Shown: positions 52,524 to 62,444, counted from the stretch's first letter. The stretch: DNA of 64,000 nucleotides from Clostridia bacterium (GCA_017415515.1 JAFQGI010000038.1:945-64944); one strand, 5' to 3'. Translations and numbers: made by a program. The notes: a model not told the origin generated them from the sequence alone.

Positions 52524-53456
52524 TTATTCCTCTTCGTCACCCGTATACTCGACAATTTCAATGCTCTCAATGATCACCGAAGCCGTAGGCTTTTTATCGC
52601 CGTCCACTTCCACCTTTGCGATGGCATCCACCACGTCCATGCCCTCATACACCTGACCAAAGACAGTGTGGCCGCCGCTGGTACGCCAAGCGCCGTCCAA
52701 GTGGATGCTGCCGCCGTGCTGAGCGTACAGCTCCCACACCTCATCGGGCACCAAACGGCTGTCGGGGGAGATGCCGCCCTGGCTCTCGATGAAAGCATCC
52801 AGGGTGTACATCGCGGTGAACTGCTCGCCATAGTACTGTGCGTACTGGTTGTAGAGGTTCACCATCCGATTGTAAAGGGTGGTGTAATCGTAGGACTTTT
52901 TCAGATCTTCGGCAGTCTGACCGTCAGGGCCGGCCTGATTGATGAAGAACTGGCTGCCGTTGGTGTTGACGCCGGAGTTGGCCATCGCCAAGGAGCCGCG
53001 CAGATTCATCAGCTTTTTGTTGAACTCGTCCTCAAAATCAGCACCCCAGCAACTGTCGCCGCCGGTGCCGTCACCCTTGGGGTCACCGCCCTGAATCATA
53101 AAATCGTTCCAAACGCGGTGGAAGGTGAGGCCGTTGTAATAGCCATTTTTGGCGTGGGTGATGAAATTCTCCACCGCCTTGGGGGCTCCCTCGGGGAAGA
53201 AACGGATGGAAATATCACCCATCGAGGTGTGCATAATCGCCACGGTATCGCCCTTTTCAGGGCCCTCCAACTGGAAGCCGTAATCCTCGTCGGCGTAGGC
53301 GTCGTTGACGCTGGCCTGATAGGTCACATCACCGGAAGAACCCTCCGGTTTCTTGGTTTCCTCTTCTTTTTTCTTGCTATCATTTCCGCAGGCGGTCAGA
53401 CAGCCGCACAGCAGAACGAGGGACATCAGCAGAGCAAACATTTTCGTGATTTTCAT
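52524..53456 (-). CDS. Cyclophilin-type peptidyl-prolyl cis-trans isomerase, lipoprotein
   Basis: Lipobox LLCGCLTA-C. Cyclophilin core [25 protein letters not shown]...[17 protein letters not shown]. Confidence 0.9.
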   Translation of the reverse strand: MKITKMFALLMSLVLLCGCLTACGNDSKKKEEETKKPEGSSGDVTYQASVNDAYADEDYGFQLEGPEKGDTVAIMHTSMGDISIRFFPEGAPKAVENFITHAKNGYYNGLTFHRVWNDFMIQGGDPKGDGTGGDSCWGADFEDEFNKKLMNLRGSLAMANSGVNTNGSQFFINQAGPDGQTAEDLKKSYDYTTLYNRMVNLYNQYAQYYGEQFTAMYTLDAFIESQGGISPDSRLVPDEVWELYAQHGGSIHLDGAWRTSGGHTVFGQVYEGMDVVDAIAKVEVDGDKKPTASVIIESIEIVEYTGDEEE

Positions 53457-53470
53457 AGAAAAACACTCCT

Positions 53471-53984
53471 TTATCTTATCTTTCGACGGGCAATGGGAGG
53501 ACGCTCCTCCTCTAATTTCAGCAAACGATTCAATTCCGCGATCTCCTCGCTCTGCAACCGCAAAAAGGCGGCACAGGCAGGATCGGTGGTGAGAACACGT
53601 CCGGCACGGCGTACCGCGCGGACGAAATCGCGGTTAAGGGGTACGTGCGCACACTCCCGCACCAAGGGGCACATCCGATAGCCGCGAGGGTCATACACCG
53701 CCTTCACTCTCCCCTCCTCTGTGAGAACAGGGAACAGAGGGAACATACGGCAGGCCAACGGCCGCTTTCGGCGGTCGCAGCCGCCGCCGCAGGTGAGAAG
53801 CAATCCGCCATCAGCAGGGCGAATGGTGAAATCCGTGCCTGCCAGCAAGGCTTCCTCACCGGGGAACAAAAGCATCCCCTCGCTGTCGGCACTCTCGCGG
53901 CAACAACGACCGTCGCACACCGCGCCGCAATCGGTGGTGAGAGGGGTGATATCCTCTAACAGAGCGTAGGCACGCTCTAATGCA

Positions 53985-53992
<8 letters not shown>
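53471..53992 (-). CDS. YkgJ/UPF0153-like cysteine-cluster (putative Zn/Fe-chelating) protein
   Basis: [11 protein letters not shown] cluster plus CGGGCD and later Cys residues. Start set to the ATG at 53992, within ATGAGTAA, an 8-nt overlap with the upstream PPIase stop. The track start at 54013 would overlap by 29 nt. Confidence 0.7.
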
Positions 53993-54587
<595 letters not shown>

Positions 54588-54624
54588 AATTGTTACCTCG
54601 CTTTTATTAGTTAGGAGTTGACTA

Positions 54625-54918
54625 CCCCTCCGACCACGCTATCGCTCGTCCACCACCCCTGACAAGGGGAGGCAAGACAGGGTTGGTGCGAAATCGTGGG
54701 GGCGATGTCCGCAACGGCTCCACCTCATCCGTCTGCTTCGCAGACACCTTCCCCTCAAGGGGAAGGCAAGACGGGGTTGGTGCGAAATCGCAGGGGGCGA
54801 CGTCCGCGACGGCACCACCTCATCCACCGCCGTTCGGCGGTCCCCCTTCCCCTCAAGGGGAAGGCAAGACGGGGTTGGTGCGCAAGCGTAGGGGGCGACG
54901 TCCGCGACGCCCCGCCCA
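54625..54918. repeat. Tandem array (about 3 units of 92-98 bp) of the modular multi-hairpin repeat
   Basis: GGGGA(A)GGCAAGAC(A/G)GGGTTGGTGCG starts at 54667, 54759 and 54857. Each unit carries CCTTCCCC-tcaa-GGGGAAGG. Region 54721-54767 is the near-exact reverse complement of 16438-16484. Confidence 0.75.
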
Positions 54919-54920
54919 CA

Positions 54921-56360
54921 TTAGTAAGCCTTGCCCCAGTAGACCAGCTGGTGGGCGGGCTTGCCGCAGCAGACGCAGGTATCGGCAATCTGCTCCTGCT
55001 TCAAGGGCAGGCAACGGGAGCCAACACCGGTGGTCTCCTTGACCTTATCCTCGCAGGCCTCGTCGCCGCACCACATCGCCTTGATGAAGCCGTCGCCGTT
55101 CTGCTCCAAAGCGGTGATGATCTCGTCCATAGTCTTGCAGGCGTAGGTCTTCTTCTCGCGGTTGGCCAAAGCCTTGTTGTAGATGCCGTCACGCACAGCG
55201 GTCAGCAACTCGGGAATCTTAGTCTCCAACTCATCCAAAGACACCACGATCTTCTCACGGGTGTCGCGGCGGACGATGACACACTGGTTCTGCTCCATAT
55301 CGCGGGGGCCGATCTCCAAGCGCAGGGGCACGCCCTTCATCTCGTACTCGGCAAACTTCCAACCGGGGGACTGGTCGCTGTCGTCCAGCTTGACGCGGGC
55401 GACCTTAGAAATGCGATCCTTGATCTCGGCGGCCTTTTCCAACACACCGGGCTTGTGAGCAGCGATGGGCAAGACAACCACCTGGATGGGAGCCACAGCG
55501 GGAGGCAACACCAGACCGTTGTCGTCGCCGTGGGTCATAATGATGGCGCCGATGAGACGGGTGGTGACGCCCCAAGAGGTCTCGTGGACGTACTGCTGCT
55601 TATTGTTCTTATCGGTGAACTGGATGTCAAACGCCTTGGCGAAGCCGTCACCGAAGTAGTGGGAGGTACCGGCCTGCAACGCCTTGCCGTCGTGCATCAG
55701 CGCCTCGATGCAATAGGTGGCTTCGGCGCCGGCAAACTTATCGCTGTCGGTCTTGCGGCCCCGGATGACCGGCATAGCCAAATACTCCTCGCAGAACTTG
55801 GTGTAGATGTTCAGCATCTGCTCGGTCTCGGCGATGGCCTCCTCGGCGGTGGCGTGGATGGTGTGACCCTCCTGCCACAGGAACTCACGGGAGCGCAGGA
55901 AAGGACGGGTGGTCTTCTCCCAGCGCACCACGCTGACCCACTGGTTATACAGCTTAGGCAGGTCACGGTAGGAATGGACGATGTTGGCGAAATGCTCGCA
56001 GAACAGGGTCTCGGAGGTGGGGCGCACGCACAGGCGCTCCTCTAACTGCTCGCTGCCGCCGAAGGTGACCCAAGCCACCTCGGGGGCGAAGCCCTCCACG
56101 TGATCCTTCTCCTTCTGCAGCAGGCTTTCGGGGATGAACATAGGCATATTCACATTCTCGTGACCGGTGGCCTTAAACATACCGTCCAGAATGCGCTGGA
56201 TATTCTCCCAGATGGCATAGCCATAAGGACGGATGACCATACAGCCCTTAACGCTGGTGTATTCGATCAGCTCCGCCTTCTTCACGATATCGGTGTACCA
56301 TTTGGCGAAATCCTCTTCCATGGAGGTGATGGCCTCCACCATTTTCTTGTTATCTGCCAT
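54921..56360 (-). CDS. proS: Proline--tRNA ligase (archaeal/eukaryote-like short type)
   Basis: The ATG at 56360 lies 8 nt after AGAGAGG and gives [52 protein letters not shown], typical of this ProRS class, with a C-terminal Zn-binding CxxC..CxxC. Confidence 0.92.
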   Translation of the reverse strand: MADNKKMVEAITSMEEDFAKWYTDIVKKAELIEYTSVKGCMVIRPYGYAIWENIQRILDGMFKATGHENVNMPMFIPESLLQKEKDHVEGFAPEVAWVTFGGSEQLEERLCVRPTSETLFCEHFANIVHSYRDLPKLYNQWVSVVRWEKTTRPFLRSREFLWQEGHTIHATAEEAIAETEQMLNIYTKFCEEYLAMPVIRGRKTDSDKFAGAEATYCIEALMHDGKALQAGTSHYFGDGFAKAFDIQFTDKNNKQQYVHETSWGVTTRLIGAIIMTHGDDNGLVLPPAVAPIQVVVLPIAAHKPGVLEKAAEIKDRISKVARVKLDDSDQSPGWKFAEYEMKGVPLRLEIGPRDMEQNQCVIVRRDTREKIVVSLDELETKIPELLTAVRDGIYNKALANREKKTYACKTMDEIITALEQNGDGFIKAMWCGDEACEDKVKETTGVGSRCLPLKQEQIADTCVCCGKPAHQLVYWGKAY

Positions 56361-56413
56361 TTCGATGACCTCTCTTTCTGCGGCAACATGACCGCACAAT
56401 TAGACAGTATAAT

Positions 56414-56442
56414 ATTATATAGTATTCTTATGAAAATTTCAA
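56414..56442 (-). promoter_or_regulatory. proS promoter (TTGAAA-17 nt-TATAAT)
   Basis: On the minus strand, -35 at 56442-56437 and -10 at 56419-56414. This leaves only about a 45-nt leader. Confidence 0.5.
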
Positions 56443-56463
56443 CCTTTATCGCAAAGTTCTGCC

Positions 56464-56733
56464 TGTGAAAATGTAAATTTTTTGTGCGCTTTCGGTGGTG
56501 TAAGGGCGCATAAACTGTTTGTATTCTTTTTGCGTCCGCATTTCGACAAAAAGCCAAAATTTTCACACCCTAAATTTTGGAAAAAGCCTTGCCAAATAGC
56601 GGGTTTTTCACATTTTCCACCGAGTTTTCCACCACTTTTGGGGGAGAAATCCAAAGTTTTCCACCAAGAAAATGTTTACAAACTGTAATATCGTATATTT
56701 TTCACACAGACGACCAAACTATCGGGTGAAAAA
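56464..56733. promoter_or_regulatory. Cluster of eight DnaA-box-like 9-mers (TTWTNCACA, at most 1 mismatch) in an A/T-rich spacer
   Basis: TTTTTCACA at 56604 and 56698 are exact to the relaxed consensus. TTTTCCACC occurs at 56613, 56625 and 56657. ATTTTCACA occurs at 56559 (+) and 56464-56472 (-). TTTTTCACC occurs at 56725-56733 (-). There is one Spo0A-box-like TTCGACA at 56542. Confidence 0.4.
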
Positions 56734-56753
56734 GCAAATGGAGGAAAATGGGT

Positions 56754-57020
56754 ATGATCAAAGGCGTGCATCGACAAATGATCGAGGTCACACACACCGG
56801 AAGCCCCTATTTTGAGCGGGCTTTTTTGGTGGTGCGGGGAGGGCAAGCCCCCGAGGAGGAAAAGCTGCACCGCATGGCACAAAAGGTGGTGGAACAGGCC
56901 GGCACCTATGCCGGCCTGCGGCGGCAAAAGCGGTGGCAAGCCCTGCGGCAGGGGCTGTTTGCCCTGCTGTGCGGCGGCGTGGGAGCGACGGCGATGTGGA
57001 TAGCGGAAAAGATGTGGTAA
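56754..57020 (+). CDS. Small hypothetical protein with a C-terminal transmembrane segment
   Basis: The ATG at 56754 lies 8 nt after GGAGGA. MIKGVHRQMIEVTHTGSPYFERAFLVV... ends in LFALLCGGVGATAMWIA. Followed by a strong terminator. Confidence 0.6.
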   Translation: MIKGVHRQMIEVTHTGSPYFERAFLVVRGGQAPEEEKLHRMAQKVVEQAGTYAGLRRQKRWQALRQGLFALLCGGVGATAMWIAEKMW

Positions 57021-57027
57021 GGCGCAG

Positions 57028-57064
57028 GAAAGCCCGTGTGTTCGGTGAACACACGGGCTTTTTG
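57028..57064. terminator. Bidirectional terminator
   Basis: GAAAGCCCGTGTGTTC-ggt-GAACACACGGGCTTTTT. Confidence 0.75.
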
Positions 57065-57068
57065 GCGG

Positions 57069-57764
57069 TTATTTCTTGGGTTTTTCGTCGGCGACCAGCG
57101 CCTCTAACAAGGCAAAACTATCCTTGTGCAGTTGCTTGCTTTCCTCGGATTTTCCGGCGTAGCGCACGCCGAAATACAGATCCGGCCACCGCTCACACAG
57201 TGCCTCGCTGCGGCGGTCGTCCTCCGACCAACTCCACACCGTGCCGTCTTCGATCAGACCGGCATCCTGCACCGTGAGGGCGGTGAGATAGCTATCCCCC
57301 TCGTACTGGTCGATAAAGTTTTCCTTGAAATAGTCGTAGCCCTTGGGATCCCAAATGAAAAACATTCGATCGCCGGTGGCCACGTGAGCCTGGATCTGTT
57401 GGATGCTGCTGTTGCGGTTTTGGTCGGCGGTGAAGCAACAGTTTTCGATCTCCACCTCCACCTTGCCGTCGCCGTCCAAGTCCTTGCCGTACTTCTCCAA
57501 ATAGGCGGCCAACTCATCCAGCTCTTTGTCAAGATAGGGCTTTTCGGTGATGAGCATCACCCGATAATCCGGGTCGTCACGGGTGGCGAATTGGACGATC
57601 ACCACCACCAGCACCACCACCGCGAACAAGATGAGCCAAAATTTCAATTTGTGATGATACCAAAAATTCTCCCATCGACTGCGGGGGGTCTGCGGCCCTT
57701 CGTCCTTGGGGGTTGGCTTCAATTCTTCCGGGTCCACGCCGCGGAGCAACCATTCACGTGCCAT
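57069..57764 (-). CDS. Single-pass (type II) membrane protein of unknown function
   Basis: Cytoplasmic N-tail, TM FWLILFAVVVLVVVIVQF, and an extracytoplasmic domain of about 165 aa. AAAGGA RBS. Confidence 0.75.
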   Translation of the reverse strand: MAREWLLRGVDPEELKPTPKDEGPQTPRSRWENFWYHHKLKFWLILFAVVVLVVVIVQFATRDDPDYRVMLITEKPYLDKELDELAAYLEKYGKDLDGDGKVEVEIENCCFTADQNRNSSIQQIQAHVATGDRMFFIWDPKGYDYFKENFIDQYEGDSYLTALTVQDAGLIEDGTVWSWSEDDRRSEALCERWPDLYFGVRYAGKSEESKQLHKDSFALLEALVADEKPKK

Positions 57765-57844
57765 AACGCTATCCTTTCGGTTGATGTGATGGCAGTATTA
57801 TACCACGCACGGCAAGGGGTTGCAAGGGGGAGATTGTGAACAAA

Positions 57845-58291
57845 TTATATCTCCGGTCTTATGTCGGGTATATTAAACTCTGCCGTGGTGGAGATGCTGT
57901 ACTCATGAGGAGCAGGCGAGGCGTATTTTTCCGACCGGGTAACAGCTTGAACCCGAGAAAATAAAACTGCCGTGATTAAAGTAAGCACCAATACAAACAC
58001 GATAACAACAATCAACGGCCCGAAAAAACCCCACAAGGCTCCTTTGCCGGCGGAGGCCGCCTTTTTCGGCTTGGTATCGTGATAGACTAAGTACAAAATC
58101 AGCCCCACCAACGGGAAAAAGAAGCTGAGCCACGCGATCCCTTTGCTGGGAGCGTCAGGGGTCATAGGCTTGATAATATACTGCACCGGTGGCTGAGCAT
58201 AGGCGGGCGGTTGCCCATTAATGGAATAGCCACAATGGGGGCAAAAGACGCTCTCCCCCACATTGGCTCCGCAGGATTGACAAAAGCTCAT
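57845..58291 (-). CDS. Zinc-ribbon domain membrane protein
   Basis: N-terminal MSFCQSCGANVGESVFCPHCG (CxxC..CxxC), a Pro-rich linker and two TM segments. GGAGGTG RBS. Confidence 0.8.
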   Translation of the reverse strand: MSFCQSCGANVGESVFCPHCGYSINGQPPAYAQPPVQYIIKPMTPDAPSKGIAWLSFFFPLVGLILYLVYHDTKPKKAASAGKGALWGFFGPLIVVIVFVLVLTLITAVLFSRVQAVTRSEKYASPAPHEYSISTTAEFNIPDIRPEI

Positions 58292-58318
58292 GATTACACC
58301 TCCGTTTTGCTAATATTA

Positions 58319-58335
58319 TATCTGCATTACAGATA
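58319..58335. promoter_or_regulatory. Candidate operator palindrome TATCTG-catta-CAGATA
   Basis: Read directly from the sequence in the divergent region between the zinc-ribbon membrane gene and the XRE gene. A half-site, AACAGATAT, recurs at about 58353. Confidence 0.3.
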
Positions 58336-58387
58336 AATGTCAATATCTTGATAACAGATATTGCATAATACAAACGAGGTGAACAAT

Positions 58388-58603
58388 ATGCCGTATAAGC
58401 ATTTACGAGACATCCGCGAGGACAGAGATATTCGCCAAAAAGACATCGCCGCCGTTCTTAACGTATCGCAAAACACTTACTCCCAGTATGAAACCGGTGT
58501 GATCTCCTTAACCGCTGAGGTACTGGTTAAATTAGCCGACTATTACGGCGTCAGCATCGACTATCTGTTGGATCGCACCAATAATCCGTATATACAAAAA
58601 TGA
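58388..58603 (+). CDS. XRE-family helix-turn-helix transcriptional regulator
   Basis: The ATG at 58388 lies 6 nt after GAGGTG. MPYKHLRDIREDRDIRQKDIAAVLNVSQNTYSQYETGVISLTAEVLVKLADYYGVSIDYLLDRTNNP. Paralogue of 2932..3150. Confidence 0.85.
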   Translation: MPYKHLRDIREDRDIRQKDIAAVLNVSQNTYSQYETGVISLTAEVLVKLADYYGVSIDYLLDRTNNPYIQK

Positions 58604-58781
58604 TTGTATCCACAAACCGCGTACCACCATTTCATAACCACCTCATCCGTCACGCTATATCACTAAATGTGGGAGAATGGAGCAAAGCGACATTCTCAAG
58701 GAGTGGCAAACGATACTACGAAAAGCACAAACTACGAGCCACTCCGCCCCTCGAGGGGAAGGCTTTTTTGCCCGCACATAC

Positions 58782-58815
58782 AAAAAATGACCGAGTCGTA
58801 TCGACTCGGTCATTT
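58782..58815. terminator. Bidirectional terminator
   Basis: AAAAAATGACCGAGTCG-tatc-GACTCGGTCATTTT. Confidence 0.75.
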
Positions 58816-58822
58816 TGTTTTG

Positions 58823-61306
58823 TTATTTTACGCTTTTGGCGTGCCAGATGCGGTCGTTATAGTCGCGGATGGAGCGGTCGGAGGCGAAGATGCCGCTGAG
58901 GGCGGTGTTGAGCAACGCCTTCTTAGCCCAGGCCTCCTTGTCCAGATACAGGCGAGCGGACTCCGCCTGCGCACGGGCATAATCCTCGTAGTCGGCCAGC
59001 ACCATATAAGGATCCTTGGTCAACAGGGAGGTGGCAATCTCGCTGTAATTGCGGCCGCCGAAGCCCTCGAACATAAAGTCGATGGCACGGCGAATATCGG
59101 CATTGTTCTCATAATGCCAGCGGGGGTTGTAGTGGGGCTTGCGCTGCTCCACCTCGGGGGTGCGCATACCAAACAGGAACATATTCTCCTCACCCACAGA
59201 CTGGCAGATCTCCACGTTGGCGCCGTCCAGGGTGCCCAAAGTCAGAGCACCGTTCATCATCAGCTTCATGTTACCGGTGCCGGATGCCTCGGTGCCGGCC
59301 AGAGAAATCTGCTCGGAGATGTCGGCGGCGGGCATCAACAGCTCAGCCAAGGTGACGCGGTAATCCTCGATATAGACCACCTTCAGCTTGCCGCGGACGG
59401 CGGGATCGCTGTCGATGAGCTTGCTCAAATTGCAGATGAACTGGATGATCTCCTTAGCCAAGCGATAGCCGGGGGCCGCCTTGGCGCCGAAGATGTAGGT
59501 GCGGGGGGTGAACTCCATATCGGGGTTCTCTTTCAGCTTGAGATAGGTGATGAGGATGTGCAGAGCGTTCAGGTGCTGACGCTTGTACTCGTGCAAACGC
59601 TTCACCTGCACGTCGAAGAGAGAATCCACGTTCAGCTCCTCGCCGGTCTGCTTTTTGACGTAAGCGGCGAGACGCTCCTTATTCTTACGCTTGATGTCCA
59701 TAAACTCCGCCAAGGAAGCGGCGTCGTCGGCATAAGGAGCCAGTTTGGACAGCTCGGAGGCGTCCAGCACAAAGCCCTTGCCGATACGCTGTTCAATAAA
59801 CTTGGTCAAATCGGGGTTGGACTGGCACAGCCAACGACGGTGAGCGATACCGTTGGTGACGTTGGTGAACTTCTCAGGGTGGATGCTGTACGCCTCGGGA
59901 AACACGGTCTCCTTAATGATCTCGCTGTGGAGCTGGGACACGCCGTTGACCGAGTGGCAAGCGGCCACGCAGAGATTGGCCATCTTGATGACGCCGTAGC
60001 TGATGATGGCCATACGGCTCACCTTTTCGCGGTCACCCATGGTGGCGGCCATCATCTCGTCGCTGTAACGGCGGTTGATCTCCTGCACGATCTGATAGAT
60101 ACGGGGCAGGCGCTGGGCGAACAGATCCTCCGGCCAGCACTCCAACGCCTCCGCCATAACCGTATGGTTGGTGTAGGCAAAGGTGCGGTGGACGATGTCC
60201 CAAGCGGCCTCCCAGCCGTAGCCGCACTCATCCAGCAGGATGCGCATCAGCTCGGGGATGGCGAGGGTGGGATGGGTGTCGTTGATGTGGACAGCCGCCA
60301 TCTCGGGCAGGTTGTCCATGGTGCCGTATTTCTCCAGATGGCGCTGGACGATGTCCTGCACAGAGGCAGACACCAGGAAATACTGCTGGGACAGGCGCAG
60401 GCTCTTGCCCTCGCGGTGGTTGTCGGCGGGGTACAGCACCTGGGTGATGACCTCGGCCATCGCCTTGCGCTCCATGGCGCGCATATACTCGCCCTGATTG
60501 AACAGGGTCATATCCATACCGGGGGCGGTGGACTTCCACAGACGCAGGGTGGAGACACCTTTGCCGTCCTTGCCCGCCACCATCAAGTCGTAGGGCTGGG
60601 CGATGACCACAGCGGGGTCACGGTGCTCGATGTGATGGAAGCCGTTGTCGTCCCACCACTCGTCGATGTGACCGTCAAACCACACCTCTTTTGCCAGCTC
60701 GGGGCGGGGCAACAGCCAGCACTCGCCGCCGGGGAGCCAGAAATCCGGCATCTCGGTCTGCCAGCCGTTCTCTAACTTCTGGCGGAAGATGCCCAGCTCG
60801 TACAGCAGGGAATAGCCGATGGCGGGGATGCCGTTGGCAGCCAGACCGTCCAAGAAGCAGGCGGCCAAACGACCGAGGCCACCGTTGCCCAGACCGGCAT
60901 CCGGCTCCAGCTCAAACAAATGGTCCAGCTTAGCGCCGTAACCCTTGAGAATGGCGGCGGCATCGTCGGTCAGATTCAAATTGTACAAGGTGTTCTTGAG
61001 GGAGCGACCCATCAGGAACTCCATACTCATATAATAGACCTGCTTGGCGTTCTGCTTGTGGGCCTTGTGAATGTAATTCACGCGGCTGCGACGCATACGG
61101 TCGCGCAGCACCAGCACCAAAGCGTTATACAGGTTTTCGTCGGTGGCGTCCTTGCCGTTCACGGAAAACTGCTGCTCCAGCTTTTCTTCCAGCTCTTTTT
61201 TCAGCAGTTGACGCTGATTCAGCTTGGGCGCCGCGGTCTTAGTCTCCGCCGTTTTGGTGGCAGCCTTTTTGGTTGCGGGCTTTTTGGCGGTGGTTTCTTT
61301 GCTCAT
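58823..61306 (-). CDS. glgP: Glycogen/maltodextrin phosphorylase (GT35) with a Lys/Ala/Thr-rich N-terminal tail
   Basis: EASGTGNMKLMMNGALTLGTLDGANVE (PLP-lysine region), 827 aa. Strong AAGGAGG RBS 9 nt before the ATG that opens MSKETTAKKPATKKAATKTAETKTAAPK. Confidence 0.92.
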   Translation of the reverse strand: MSKETTAKKPATKKAATKTAETKTAAPKLNQRQLLKKELEEKLEQQFSVNGKDATDENLYNALVLVLRDRMRRSRVNYIHKAHKQNAKQVYYMSMEFLMGRSLKNTLYNLNLTDDAAAILKGYGAKLDHLFELEPDAGLGNGGLGRLAACFLDGLAANGIPAIGYSLLYELGIFRQKLENGWQTEMPDFWLPGGECWLLPRPELAKEVWFDGHIDEWWDDNGFHHIEHRDPAVVIAQPYDLMVAGKDGKGVSTLRLWKSTAPGMDMTLFNQGEYMRAMERKAMAEVITQVLYPADNHREGKSLRLSQQYFLVSASVQDIVQRHLEKYGTMDNLPEMAAVHINDTHPTLAIPELMRILLDECGYGWEAAWDIVHRTFAYTNHTVMAEALECWPEDLFAQRLPRIYQIVQEINRRYSDEMMAATMGDREKVSRMAIISYGVIKMANLCVAACHSVNGVSQLHSEIIKETVFPEAYSIHPEKFTNVTNGIAHRRWLCQSNPDLTKFIEQRIGKGFVLDASELSKLAPYADDAASLAEFMDIKRKNKERLAAYVKKQTGEELNVDSLFDVQVKRLHEYKRQHLNALHILITYLKLKENPDMEFTPRTYIFGAKAAPGYRLAKEIIQFICNLSKLIDSDPAVRGKLKVVYIEDYRVTLAELLMPAADISEQISLAGTEASGTGNMKLMMNGALTLGTLDGANVEICQSVGEENMFLFGMRTPEVEQRKPHYNPRWHYENNADIRRAIDFMFEGFGGRNYSEIATSLLTKDPYMVLADYEDYARAQAESARLYLDKEAWAKKALLNTALSGIFASDRSIRDYNDRIWHAKSVK

Positions 61307-61370
61307 GACGAGATTCCTCCTTGGGACTGTACGAATATAGTATATGGTGACATAGTCCCACTATTCCAGT

Positions 61371-61399
61371 AGTATACACTATATCAACAAATAATGCAA
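61371..61399 (-). promoter_or_regulatory. glgP promoter (TTGCAT-17 nt-TATACT)
   Basis: On the minus strand, -35 at 61399-61394 and -10 at 61376-61371. Confidence 0.45.
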
Positions 61400-61559
61400 T
61401 ACTTATTTGAAAATGACGAAAATTTTTGATTTTTACACTTTTTTTGACACTTCATTTGTACAAAACGCACAAAAAACAGAGGAAACAACACACAAAGAAG
61501 AGGCTGTCATCGCCTATGTGTCGATCATGGCTCCCGTTTTCGGTGTTTTTGGTCGCATT

Positions 61560-62444
61560 TTAGTGAATTAAGGTAATGGCATCTCGCAAATTGCGGATGT
61601 GGATGGTGTCAGAGCCGCTTCCCCATTCGCCATCCAACGACCACTCCATGGTGGCGTCTGCCGTTATGGTAAATTCCGAGCCGTTGATAAAGGTGATGGC
61701 GTCGGAATCGTATCGCCTTTTGGACAAAGCGAGGATGCACTCGCTCAACTCGCCGGCGTTGCGAGGCATTTTAACCAACAACAGCTCCAACAGGCCGTCG
61801 TTCATATCCACCATCTGAGGGTCCAAGGTCAGCACCCCGCCCACCGACGTGGCGTTGCTCACCGCACCAAAGATATAATCCCCCTCCACGGTGTTGCCGT
61901 CCACCTCAAACTTGACCCGCCACGAGCGGATATGCGACAGCTCCTTGACCCCCTCCAGTACATAGGCTAAATGGCCCAAGGCGTTTTTGACATTCTGAGG
62001 CGTGGCGTAGGAGGCGCGGGAGAAGATGCCGAAGGATGCCACATAAGAAAAATAGCGATCCCCAAACACACCCACGTCGTAGGTGTGGGGTTTCCCCTTC
62101 AAGATGGCAGAAGTGGCGGCAGAAACGGTCTTTTTGAGACCGATGCTGGCGGCGAAATCGTTGGTGCTTCCGCAGGGTATATACCCCATGGGGGTGGTGT
62201 GGCCGCCATCCAGCAGACCGCCCACCACCTCGTTAAAGGTGCCGTCACCGCCCAGACACACCACCAGATCCGCTTCGCCGCCATGGGCATAGGCAATGTC
62301 CCGCGCGTTACCGCGGGCGGTGGTCACAAACACGGTGGGAATATAATCAGCGCGGCAAAACGCCTCCACCACATCCGACAGATAGCGTTTTCCCGCTTTC
62401 TTGCCGGAGATGGGATTGAGAATCAAAAGCAAACGCTTGCTCAT
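61560..62444 (-). CDS. Diacylglycerol/lipid kinase (DagK/YegS family)
   Basis: LLLILNPISGKKAGKR, LVVCLGGDGTFNEVVGGL (GGDGT motif). The ATG at 62444 lies 9 nt after GGAGG. ATG 62450 and the track start at 62504 are less well placed. Confidence 0.85.
   Translation of the reverse strand: MSKRLLLILNPISGKKAGKRYLSDVVEAFCRADYIPTVFVTTARGNARDIAYAHGGEADLVVCLGGDGTFNEVVGGLLDGGHTTPMGYIPCGSTNDFAASIGLKKTVSAATSAILKGKPHTYDVGVFGDRYFSYVASFGIFSRASYATPQNVKNALGHLAYVLEGVKELSHIRSWRVKFEVDGNTVEGDYIFGAVSNATSVGGVLTLDPQMVDMNDGLLELLLVKMPRNAGELSECILALSKRRYDSDAITFINGSEFTITADATMEWSLDGEWGSGSDTIHIRNLRDAITLIH

Noticed and set aside
54625-54918. A CRISPR array, given the regular repeats of about 95 bp.
   Set aside because: The units are contiguous with no unique spacers. 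The repeat is far longer than CRISPR repeats, there are no cas genes, and the same modules occur singly at other loci.
56464-56733. Calling the DnaA-box cluster the chromosomal origin (oriC).
   Set aside because: There is no dnaA, dnaN or rpmH nearby, no obvious AT-rich unwinding element with DnaA-trios, and I cannot compute GC skew. It is kept only as a DnaA-box-like cluster or unknown regulator array.
56361-56747. A T-box riboswitch leader upstream of proS; aminoacyl-tRNA synthetase genes in Firmicutes often have one.
   Set aside because: A good TTGAAA-17-TATAAT promoter leaves only about a 45-nt leader. There is no T-box sequence (..GGTGGTACCGCG..) on the proS strand and no specifier, terminator or antiterminator architecture. 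GGTGGTGTAAGGGCG at 56494 is on the wrong strand and is a poor match.
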